Source: Prevotella sp. CAG:279 (GTDB taxonomy: Bacteria; Actinomycetota; Coriobacteriia; Coriobacteriales; Atopobiaceae). Taken from it: DNA of 64,000 bases. Shown here piece by piece: positions 36,676-44,846 of the stretch. The DNA lies in assembly GCA_963653485.1 (NCBI GenBank), contig CAVJWS010000001.1:8040-72039 (forward strand), written 5' to 3'. Position 1 is the stretch's first letter; every line of letters begins with the position of its first letter. The notes under the pieces are model-generated. The model saw only the letters and a list, made by a program, of their open reading frames with translations. It was not told the origin of the DNA and ran no database searches. The position numbers and the translations under genes are program-made.

Positions 36676-36684
36676 ATTATAGCA
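36676..36684 (-). promoter_or_regulatory. Extended -10 promoter element (TGcTATAAT)
   Basis: Perfect TGnTATAAT on the minus strand just downstream of the comF stop. Confidence 0.55.
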
Positions 36685-36715
36685 GCTCGGAGATGGTGAA
36701 CCTATGAACGCGAGC

Positions 36716-37492
36716 CTAGTAGGCACGGGCAAGGGCGCAGGCCGTGACCTCGGAGGCGCCGGCCGCGAGCAGCGCGCGGGCGCAGGCCCTCATGGAGGCG
36801 CCGGTCGTGACCACGTCATCCAAGAGCAGCAGCGAGCAGGCGCTCACGTCAGACAAGACGGTGACGCTGCCCTCGGTGTTCTTGCTTCGCTCGTCGCGGC
36901 CGAGGCTGCGCTGGTCTTGAGCATAGGGCCTAGCCAACACGTCTGCCATGGGAAGGCCGAGGTAGGCAGCAACGCAGCGGCAGACCTCTTCCATGTGGTC
37001 GAAGCCACGGCGACGGTAGGCGGCCGCCGTTGCGGGCACGAAGCAAACGGCGTCGATTGCCGCCGCGTCAAAGCGCGCGGTGCCGTCTTGGGCGGCGCAG
37101 CCGGCAGCCTCGGTGAGGGCCGTCTCCATGGCCGCGGCAATGGCGGGGGCAAGCCGGCGCTCCCCCGCGTCCTTGTAGCCAACCACGAGCTGGCGGGCCG
37201 CACCCTCGAGCGGCAGGGCGCAGACGCAGGCGCGCGTCTCCCAAGAGCTTCCCTTTGCCTGGTCGCATTCGGTGCAGGCGAGCCAGCCGTTGGGGGCCCC
37301 GCAGTTGGGACAGGCCCAGCGCTGGTCAATCCAGGCGAGCCTGGCACGACAGCACTCGCATATGAGCTCTCCCGGCTCATCGCAGACAAGGCAGCGAGTG
37401 GGCCAGGCAAGCTCGCGGGCGGCCTTGCCCGCGACGGAAAGGCCGAGGGAAAGCGAGCAGGCAAAACGGTTATGCGAGGCGGGCGCGCTCAT
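36716..37492 (-). CDS. comF: ComF family protein (double zinc ribbon + PRTase)
   Basis: CLVC...CECC...CPNC...CTEC, RRRGFDH, LLLDDVVTTGASM. Confidence 0.9.
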   Translation of the reverse strand: MSAPASHNRFACSLSLGLSVAGKAARELAWPTRCLVCDEPGELICECCRARLAWIDQRWACPNCGAPNGWLACTECDQAKGSSWETRACVCALPLEGAARQLVVGYKDAGERRLAPAIAAAMETALTEAAGCAAQDGTARFDAAAIDAVCFVPATAAAYRRRGFDHMEEVCRCVAAYLGLPMADVLARPYAQDQRSLGRDERSKNTEGSVTVLSDVSACSLLLLDDVVTTGASMRACARALLAAGASEVTACALARAY

Positions 37493-37702
37493 GGCCGCAA
37501 GGAGGCGTCGCCGGCAAGGCGGGCACACGGAAGAACCACAGGGACGGGATTTCGAACCTCAGGCCACCGCATTGCCAAGGCCGCCATGTCAACGCTTCGG
37601 CCGGCAGACACCAGGCCCTGCGAGAAGGCCAAGCAATGCGGGTTCTGTAAAACGCCGATGCCCATCGCCGCTGCGCCGTCGCCGGTTGAGAAGGCCGCGC
37701 GC

Positions 37703-38788
37703 CTAGCGGGCCTGGCCGGAGGCGGCGGCCTCGATGAGCTGGGAGAGGACGTCGGAGAGCTTGCGGCCGGAGGCGGCCATCATCTCGGGGAAGCGGCTGT
37801 AGCGCGTGAGACCCGGGATGGAGTTGACCTCGTTGAAGACGACCTCATGCCCGGGCGTGACGAAGAGGTCAACGCGGGCAAAGCCTGAGCAGCAAAGTGC
37901 CTGGTAGACCTCAAAGCCCGTCTTGCGCACGAGCTCCATGTCGGCCTCAGAAATCTGGGCCGGGCAGCGAAGCGAGGAGTTCATGGAGCTGGCCGAGGCG
38001 CCGGCCGTCTGGTCCTGGTGGATGTGGAAGAAGCCGCCGTCGGTGACGACCGTCTCGTCCACCACGCCCATCTCAAGGCCGCTCACGGCGTCGCCGATGA
38101 CGGCGCAGCCCACCTCGGTGCCCACGATGGCCTCCTCCACGGAGACCTTTGGGTCGAGAGAGAGGGCCACCTCGACGGCCTGGGCCATCTCGGAGGCGTC
38201 GCTCACCTTGGAGACGCCGAAGGACGAGCCGCCGCGCGTGGGCTTGACGAAGACGGGGTAGCCGCCGCAGGCCTCCACGGCCGCGGCAACCTCAGCCTCG
38301 GTGGAGCCGCGGTGGAGCACCTCGCACTTGGGCACGCGCACGCCGGCGGCACCCGCCAGGCGGTGGGAGACGTCCTTGTCCATGCACACGGCGCTGGAGA
38401 GCACGCCGCAGCCCACGTAGGGCACGCCCGCGCTCTCGAGCAGAGCCTGGGTGATGCCGTCCTCGCCACCCTGGCCGTGGAGCACCGGCAGCGCCACGTC
38501 GAGCTCGAGCTTGGTGAGGGTCCCGTCGGCCTCGTGGCGGCAGAGGCCGCCGCCGGGGACCACGACCACGGGACAGGTGTCGTGTGAAGCCCAGGGGTCG
38601 CCCTCAACCACGTCAGACAGCTCGCCGGTGTAGTTGAGCCACTGGCCCTCTCGCGTGATGCCCACGAGCGTGAGCTCGAAGTTGAGCCCGGCAAGCTCGC
38701 CAAGCACGTTGGCTGCGGAGCGCAGGGAGATGTCGTGCTCGCTGGAGGTGCCGCCGAACAGGACGGCGACGCGGAGGTTGTTGCCCAT
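37703..38788 (-). CDS. D-alanine--D-X ligase, VanA/VanB/VanD-like (possible D-Ala-D-Lac ligase)
   Basis: LFGGTSSEHDISLRSA, LHGQGGEDG, VKPTRGGSSFGV, EVGCAVIG, omega loop FFHIHQD, ARVDLF, NEVNSIPG, YSRFPEMMAA. Confidence 0.88.
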   Translation of the reverse strand: MGNNLRVAVLFGGTSSEHDISLRSAANVLGELAGLNFELTLVGITREGQWLNYTGELSDVVEGDPWASHDTCPVVVVPGGGLCRHEADGTLTKLELDVALPVLHGQGGEDGITQALLESAGVPYVGCGVLSSAVCMDKDVSHRLAGAAGVRVPKCEVLHRGSTEAEVAAAVEACGGYPVFVKPTRGGSSFGVSKVSDASEMAQAVEVALSLDPKVSVEEAIVGTEVGCAVIGDAVSGLEMGVVDETVVTDGGFFHIHQDQTAGASASSMNSSLRCPAQISEADMELVRKTGFEVYQALCCSGFARVDLFVTPGHEVVFNEVNSIPGLTRYSRFPEMMAASGRKLSDVLSQLIEAAASGQAR

Positions 38789-38885
38789 GGTTCTCCAATC
38801 GTTGCGCGGGCGAGCCCGCGTGAATAGTCGGATGCCTATCGTAGCAGCCATGAGCGAAGGCGGGCACAAATTGACGCAAACGAAG

Positions 38886-39938
38886 CTAGCGAAGGCCGAA
38901 GAGGTCGAGCGCGTTCTCCCAGAGGGCTCGGTAGGTCTCATCGCGGCTGGCCACGCCGGCGGCCTCGCGCACGTCGGCCACGCAGGAGGCCTGGAAGGCC
39001 ACCATGGCAGGCTCGCACTCCTCGCCGCGCAGGGGAACCGGGGCCATATAGGGGCTGTCGGTCTCCGTGACGATGAGGTTCTGCGGCGCCTTTGCGGCAG
39101 CCGCGCGGATGTCGTCGCTCTTGGAGAAGGTCGCCGCCCCGCCAAAGGCGATGGTGCAGCCCAGCTCCACAAAGGGTTCGAGGACCTCGGGCCCGCTCGT
39201 GAAGCAGTGAAGGTCGCAGCCCGCCTTGGGCACGCCCACCTCGGCCAAAAGCTCTGCGGACAGACGATGTGCCGTGGCCCCCGGGTCGTCGACGGCGTCC
39301 CTCACGTGCAGCTCCACGGGCAGGTTGAGCTCATGGGCCATGAGGAGCTGGCGCCTGAAGATGCGCATCTGTGTATCGAGGTCGACTTCACTATAGGGGC
39401 CGAAGTCCAGGCCGATCTCGCCCACGCCGACGCAACGACCGGCAGGGAGCAGCTCGCGCATGCGGGCCTCGGCCGCGTCGTCGAAATACGGGGCGTTGTA
39501 GGGGTGGGAGCCGGCAATAAATCGCAGGTCAAGCGGCAGTTCGGTGGTGCAGCCGGGAGCGTCCGGGAAACCCTCGAACGCGGGCGGCTTAAGGCCGGCC
39601 TCGGCAAACTCCAACAGAAGCTCGGAGGCAAGCTCGGCGCACTCGTCGATGAAGGAGACGAGCTGGGCTGGCGTGCGACGTGGCATAGAGTCGGTCGGGT
39701 CGAGGCCGCAGTCCCCCACCGGGTCGATGGGCACCACGAGCAGGCGCACGCCGGCCAAGGCCGCACGGGCCACGGCCAGCGCCGGGTCATGGCTTCGCAG
39801 CACCGTGAGGTGGCCGTGGGTGTCCGCGAGCGGGGCCAGCGGGCGCGGGTAGTCGCGGGCCTTTCCCTTCTTGGTGTGGAAGAGTTGGCCGTCGGCGAGC
39901 GTGAGGGCGTCCGTGATGGTCATCGCCGCGTGGCTCAT
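38886..39938 (-). CDS. tatD: TatD family hydrolase
   Basis: [33 protein letters not shown] overlap with rsmA. Confidence 0.9.
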   Translation of the reverse strand: MSHAAMTITDALTLADGQLFHTKKGKARDYPRPLAPLADTHGHLTVLRSHDPALAVARAALAGVRLLVVPIDPVGDCGLDPTDSMPRRTPAQLVSFIDECAELASELLLEFAEAGLKPPAFEGFPDAPGCTTELPLDLRFIAGSHPYNAPYFDDAAEARMRELLPAGRCVGVGEIGLDFGPYSEVDLDTQMRIFRRQLLMAHELNLPVELHVRDAVDDPGATAHRLSAELLAEVGVPKAGCDLHCFTSGPEVLEPFVELGCTIAFGGAATFSKSDDIRAAAAKAPQNLIVTETDSPYMAPVPLRGEECEPAMVAFQASCVADVREAAGVASRDETYRALWENALDLFGLR

Positions 39939-40816
39939 CGCAGGGCCTCCCCCACGGACCCCATTCGAGCGAGCTCGGCAGAAAGGCACATGAAGTCGGC
40001 CGCGGCCAGGGTCTCGGCTCGGCAGGTGGGCTCGATGCCGCAGGACGCGAAGGCGGCGTCGAGCGCGGCCTTGTCAAAACCCTTGGCGGCCATGGAGTTG
40101 CGGATGGTCTTGCGGCGCTGGGCGAAGGCCGCGTCGATGACGCCGCAGACGTCTGCCACCGCCACGCCTTCCGGCAACACGAGCTCGCGCCGGTCGATGC
40201 GCACCACGGCCGAGTCCACGTGCGGAGCCGGCATGAAGCAGCGGGGCGGCACCTCGAAGCGACCGGTCACCTCGCCATATAGGGCCAGCTTGGCGGTGTA
40301 GCCGCCGTAGGTGCGGTTGCCGGGGGCGGCGGCGATGCGGTCTGCCACCTCCTTCTGCACCATCACCACGGCACGCTCGAGCGCCGGCATGGTCTGGAAG
40401 AACTGCAAGATGATGGTGGCCGCCACGTTGTAGGGCAGATTGGCCACGAATACCGTGGGTTCGCCGCCCGCGGCCTCGGCTATGCGCTTGGGAGAGACCT
40501 TGAGGGCGTCGCCCATGACGTAGGCAAAGCCGCTGCGCTCGTCTGCGTGGTGAGCCAGCACGGGCTCGAGCTCGGGGTCGGCTTCCACGGAGACCACCTG
40601 CGCGGCCTCCTGGAGAAGCGCGAGCGTGAGGGTACCGATGCCGGGACCAACCTCGAGCACGCGCTCGGTCCCCTCAAGCTCTGCCAGCTGGCAGATGCGC
40701 TCAATGACGTGGTTGTCCACCAAGAAGTTCTGCCCCAGGCGGTGCTTGGTGGCAAGGCCGAACTCCTCGAGCAGCGAGCGCGTGGCCGCAGGGGACGCGA
40801 GCGGCGATGTCGTCAT
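39935..40816 (-). CDS. rsmA: 16S rRNA (A1518/A1519) dimethyltransferase
   Basis: LGQNFL, LEVGPGIG, ANLPYNVA, MVQKEVADR, FAQRRKT. Confidence 0.96.
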   Translation of the reverse strand: MTTSPLASPAATRSLLEEFGLATKHRLGQNFLVDNHVIERICQLAELEGTERVLEVGPGIGTLTLALLQEAAQVVSVEADPELEPVLAHHADERSGFAYVMGDALKVSPKRIAEAAGGEPTVFVANLPYNVAATIILQFFQTMPALERAVVMVQKEVADRIAAAPGNRTYGGYTAKLALYGEVTGRFEVPPRCFMPAPHVDSAVVRIDRRELVLPEGVAVADVCGVIDAAFAQRRKTIRNSMAAKGFDKAALDAAFASCGIEPTCRAETLAAADFMCLSAELARMGSVGEALR

Positions 40817-40939
40817 GGGCAGGTCCCTTCACGAATCTCTGGGGGCAAAAAACGAGAAAGGCCCCGCCGCACCGGAGATTGCCTGGGGCCGAAGGGCCGC
40901 AAGGCAGGCACCGGAGACGGCGGAGCCGCAAAGACAGAA

Positions 40940-42547
40940 CTACTCCTTGACGAGCCTCGGGAAGAGGGCGTCGCCCTTCTCCACGGGATTGCCGCCGGCC
41001 AGGCGGCCCCACTCGCACATGGCGCGCAGGTCGTCGGAGCCGGCCTCCTCGGCGCAGCCGATGCGGCGCAGGGCCTCGGCGCTCGTGGTGGGCATGAAGG
41101 GCGCAAGCAGGTGCGCGGCGATGCGGATGGACTCGAGCAGGTTATAGATGACGAAGGCGAGCTGCTCGGCCTTTGCCGGGTCCTTGGCGAGCGTCCAGGG
41201 CTCGGAGTCCTCGATGTAGTGGTTGGCCGCGTGGATGAGCTCCATGGCGCAGTCCTTGCCGCCCACGTAGTCGAGCTTGCCCATGGCCTCGAAGTAGCGA
41301 TCGTAGATGCCCTCGGCAGCCTTGGCCAGCGGGTTCTCGAAGGCATCGGCGCAAGCCGGGGCGGCAGGGGCGGCGCCCTCGAAGTACTTGATGCTCATGT
41401 TGGTGGAGCGGCTGATGAGGTTGCCCCAGCTGTTGGCGAGGTCGGCGTTGTAGACCTGCTCCATGCGCTCGAAGGAGATGGCGCCGTCGGTGCCGGGCAC
41501 CACGTCGGTCATGAAGTAGTAGCGGTAGCCCTCGACGCCGAGCAGCTTCATGACATCGGCCGGCGCGATGGCGTTGCCGCGGCTCTTGGACATCTTCTCC
41601 GCGGCGCCCGTCTCGGCGTTGCGGACGGTGAGGAAGCCGTGGGCAAAGACGTGCTCGGGCAGGGCCTCGCCGATGGCCATGAGCATGGCCGGCCAGATGA
41701 CGCAGTGGAAGCGAATGATGTCCTTGCCGACGATGTGCAGGTTGGCAGGCCAGCGGAAGGCAAGCTCGGCGCGGGCCTCGCCACAGTCCACGCCGTAGCC
41801 CACGGCCGTCATGTAGTTGAGCAGGGCGTCAAACCACACGTAGGTGACGTGGCCCTCGTCAAAGGGGACCTTGATGCCCCAGTCGAAGCTCGTGCGCGAG
41901 ACGGACAGGTCGTTCAGGCCGCCCTCGACGAAGCTGCGGACCTCGTTCATGCGGAAGTCGGGCTGGACGAACTCGGGGTGCTCGTCGTAGAGGGCGAGAA
42001 GCTTGTCCTGGAAGGCGGAGAGCTTGAAGAAGTAGCTCTCCTCCTGCACGCGCTCGAGCGGGCGGTGGCAATCCGGGCAGAGGTGCTGGCCCTCGCTGCC
42101 GTACTCCTCGTCGCCCTTCTTCACCTGGGTGTCGGTGAAGTAGGTCTCGTCGGGCACGCAGTACCAGCCGTCGTAGCTGCCCTTATAGAGGTAGCCGCTC
42201 TCCTTCATGCGCTCCCAGAGGTACTGCACGGCGTGGTGCTGGCGCGGCTCGGTGGTGCGGATAAAGTCGTCGTTGGAAATCTCGAGCTTTTCCCACAGGT
42301 CCTTGAAGTGCGGGGCCTGGGAGTCGGTCCACTCCTGCGGCGTCATGTCGTGCTTGGCGGCAGCCTCGGCGACCTTCTCGCCGTGCTCGTCCATGCCCGT
42401 GAGGAACTTGACGTCATAGCCGGCGGCGCGGCGGAAGCGCGCCTGGACGTCGGCCAGGATCGTGGAGTACGCGGTTCCCAGGTGCGGGTCGGCGTTGACG
42501 TAGTAGATGGGCGTGGTGACGAAGTACGAGGGCTTGGAGTCTGCCAT
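40940..42547 (-). CDS. metG: Methionine--tRNA ligase (no C-terminal Trbp domain)
   Basis: TTPIYYVN, HLG, TGMDEHG, YVWFDALLNY, GKDIIRFH, KMSKS. Confidence 0.97.
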   Translation of the reverse strand: MADSKPSYFVTTPIYYVNADPHLGTAYSTILADVQARFRRAAGYDVKFLTGMDEHGEKVAEAAAKHDMTPQEWTDSQAPHFKDLWEKLEISNDDFIRTTEPRQHHAVQYLWERMKESGYLYKGSYDGWYCVPDETYFTDTQVKKGDEEYGSEGQHLCPDCHRPLERVQEESYFFKLSAFQDKLLALYDEHPEFVQPDFRMNEVRSFVEGGLNDLSVSRTSFDWGIKVPFDEGHVTYVWFDALLNYMTAVGYGVDCGEARAELAFRWPANLHIVGKDIIRFHCVIWPAMLMAIGEALPEHVFAHGFLTVRNAETGAAEKMSKSRGNAIAPADVMKLLGVEGYRYYFMTDVVPGTDGAISFERMEQVYNADLANSWGNLISRSTNMSIKYFEGAAPAAPACADAFENPLAKAAEGIYDRYFEAMGKLDYVGGKDCAMELIHAANHYIEDSEPWTLAKDPAKAEQLAFVIYNLLESIRIAAHLLAPFMPTTSAEALRRIGCAEEAGSDDLRAMCEWGRLAGGNPVEKGDALFPRLVKE

Positions 42548-42801
42548 GTGATGAACCTCTTCTAATGACGTGCGCCGGCAGATGAGCCGGCGCAGGCGAA
42601 TGAGCCACGGGAGATTGTAGCGCGAGCGCGGCGTTTGCGCCCGGACGGACAGGCCGGGGCGGCCGGCGGGGCGCGAGGAGCATTTACTGCGCCCGATAGC
42701 CAGCGACGGTCCTGTGACCCGGGCGCAGCCGCTTGGCACAACCTCAGCCCATCATGCACGGGCGCCCCATCAGCAGAGATGGGACAGGAAGACTCATACG
42801 G

Positions 42802-43728
42802 CTAGCTGGCCAGAATCTTGTCGTAGACCTCGGACTTGGGCAGGCCGAACTGCTTGGCCAGGCGCTTGGCCAGGGAGCTCTTGGGCTCGCCGGCGGCAAG
42901 GCCCTGCTCGATGGCCTCCTCCACGGTGGCCGGCCCTCCCGCGGCGGCATGGCGCAGGGATGCAAGCTCGTCTGAGCTGGGGCCCTCCACCACGATGACA
43001 CACTCGCCGCGCAGCTCGCCGCGCTCGCGGATGCGTTCGGCAAGGGCGCCGGAGACGTCTCGCGCGCACTCCTCGTGGAGCTTGGTGAGCTCGCGCACGA
43101 GGGCCACGCGGCGCGCCGGGAAGGCTTCGGCGATGGAATCGAGGGAAGCGCAGACGCGGTGCGGGCTCTCGTAGAAGACGAGCGCGCCGGGGATGGGCGC
43201 GAGCTCGGCCAGGCGACGGGCACGCTCGCCGGCCTTGCGCGGAAGGAAGCCCTCGAAGAAGAAGTGGTCCATGGCAAGGCCGCTCGCAACGAGGGCGCAG
43301 GTCACGGCACTGGGACCGGGAATGACCTCGACAGTCAGGCCCTGATCGAGTGCGGCGTCCACGAGGCGCTGGCCGGGGTCGGACACTCCGGGCATGCCGG
43401 CGTCGCTCACGAAGGCCACGCGCTGCCCGGCCGCCACACGCGCGAGCACGCCCTCGACGCGGCTCGCGATGACGTTCTCGTCGCAGCGCTCGAGCGGCAC
43501 TCGAATGCCAAAGCGCGCGAGCAGCTTGCTCGTGACACGGGTGTCCTCGCACAGCAACACGTCGGCGGCGCGCAGGGTGTCAAGCACGCGCGGCGAGGCG
43601 TCAGCGAGGTTGCCGATGGGGGTGCCCACCAGGGAGAGCATGCCGCCGGCAGCCGCATCCGCAGCCGTCAAGTCCGCGCCGGTCTCGTCAGCCTCAGGCT
43701 CAAAGCTATCCCTCACGATCTCCCCCAT
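42802..43728 (-). CDS. rsmI: 16S rRNA (C1402)-2'-O-methyltransferase
   Basis: TPIGNL, CEDTR, SDAGMPGVSDPG, FEGFLP, FYESPHR, RELTKLHEE. Confidence 0.95.
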   Translation of the reverse strand: MGEIVRDSFEPEADETGADLTAADAAAGGMLSLVGTPIGNLADASPRVLDTLRAADVLLCEDTRVTSKLLARFGIRVPLERCDENVIASRVEGVLARVAAGQRVAFVSDAGMPGVSDPGQRLVDAALDQGLTVEVIPGPSAVTCALVASGLAMDHFFFEGFLPRKAGERARRLAELAPIPGALVFYESPHRVCASLDSIAEAFPARRVALVRELTKLHEECARDVSGALAERIRERGELRGECVIVVEGPSSDELASLRHAAAGGPATVEEAIEQGLAAGEPKSSLAKRLAKQFGLPKSEVYDKILAS

Positions 43729-44801
43729 TAGTCGAACATCCCGTTCTCGAAGCTCGAGAGGGCCACACGGGCGTCCCAGCTCGAGAGGCGGCCTTCGGTC
43801 TTCCAAGTCTGGAAGAACCAGCCGCGACTTTGCGCGAAGGCGCCCATCTGGCCCGCAATGTAGACGCGCTCGAGCGCGATGCGCCCCTCCGGCGTCATGC
43901 CAGCGTCTGCCAGCGGCAAGGCGCTCGACCACTCGCCCACCATGACCGGCAGCCCGCTCTTGCGAGCGGCGTCCACATAGGCCCGCGAGTCCTCCACGAG
44001 CTTGCGCACGCCGGCGGGGCCCGACGCGTTCATGGCCTCGGAATAGTGATAGACGTGGCAATCGAGCCACACGTTCTCGTAGCGCGAGGGCGACATGAAG
44101 CCGCGCCAGGCCCCCGGCGCGCCCGCGTCATTGAAGACGATGAACGGGGAGGGGCCGGCCGCCTCACGCACCGCATCGTAGACGTCGCGGTAGAAGTTGC
44201 GGATGAGGTGGGGCGGCACGCCCTCAACCACATGGAAGCCCTTGCGCTCGCGCGCGCGGAGCTCGTCAACGGGCTGGATGCCCATGAAGTTGGAACGGCC
44301 CTCGTAGCGCGAGGCCAAGGCCGCGGCCACCTCGATGACGGCATCGCGCAGGCTCTCGACCTCGCCAAAGAAGTTGGCGGAAGAGAGCGGGTCCTGCCCG
44401 GGCATAAGCGCGACGTCGAGAAGCACGTCAAGGTCCGCGGCCTGCGCCCAGTCAAAGGCGAGGTCGACATAGCGAAGGCAGCCTGCCGAAGGGCCGCGCA
44501 AGGGGCCCGACTCGCCAAAGACGAACCACGGCAGCTGCAGGCGGACGGCGTCATAGCCGCGCGAGGCTATGCGGGCGAAGTCCTGCTCGCCGATGAACTC
44601 CTCGCGATGGCGCTCGAGCATCTTCTCGTAGCGGGAAGGTTCCACGGCTTCCGCAAGCTCAAGCTCGTCAAACGCGCCGGTCCCCGCAAACAGGGAGGGC
44701 GTGACCCAAGGCTCGAGCACAAGCCAGCCCGAGAGGTTGACGCCATGAAACGGCCTTGACCCCTCGTCCGCCCGAGACCTGCGAAACCTCTTCCCTGCCA
44801 T
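43728..44801 (-). CDS. GH5 glycoside hydrolase (exo-beta-1,3-glucanase-like), degenerate active-site motifs
   Basis: GVNLSGWLVLEPWVTPSLF, DCHVY, VGEWS, GWFFQTWK; the NEP motif reads VDEL. Confidence 0.8.
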   Translation of the reverse strand: MAGKRFRRSRADEGSRPFHGVNLSGWLVLEPWVTPSLFAGTGAFDELELAEAVEPSRYEKMLERHREEFIGEQDFARIASRGYDAVRLQLPWFVFGESGPLRGPSAGCLRYVDLAFDWAQAADLDVLLDVALMPGQDPLSSANFFGEVESLRDAVIEVAAALASRYEGRSNFMGIQPVDELRARERKGFHVVEGVPPHLIRNFYRDVYDAVREAAGPSPFIVFNDAGAPGAWRGFMSPSRYENVWLDCHVYHYSEAMNASGPAGVRKLVEDSRAYVDAARKSGLPVMVGEWSSALPLADAGMTPEGRIALERVYIAGQMGAFAQSRGWFFQTWKTEGRLSSWDARVALSSFENGMFD

Positions 44802-44846
44802 GTGTCCTCCTCGCACGGCTCGCCAACCCGCCCGGCAGCGAACCCG

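Noticed and set aside
37703..38788. Acquired van operon or transposon
   Set aside because: No vanH, vanX, vanY, vanR, vanS, transposase or compositional anomaly near the ligase.
42548..42800. T-box or SAM riboswitch upstream of metG
   Set aside because: No T-box (GGTGGNACC) or S-box consensus was seen, and a TACAAT -10 lies close to the start, implying a short leader.
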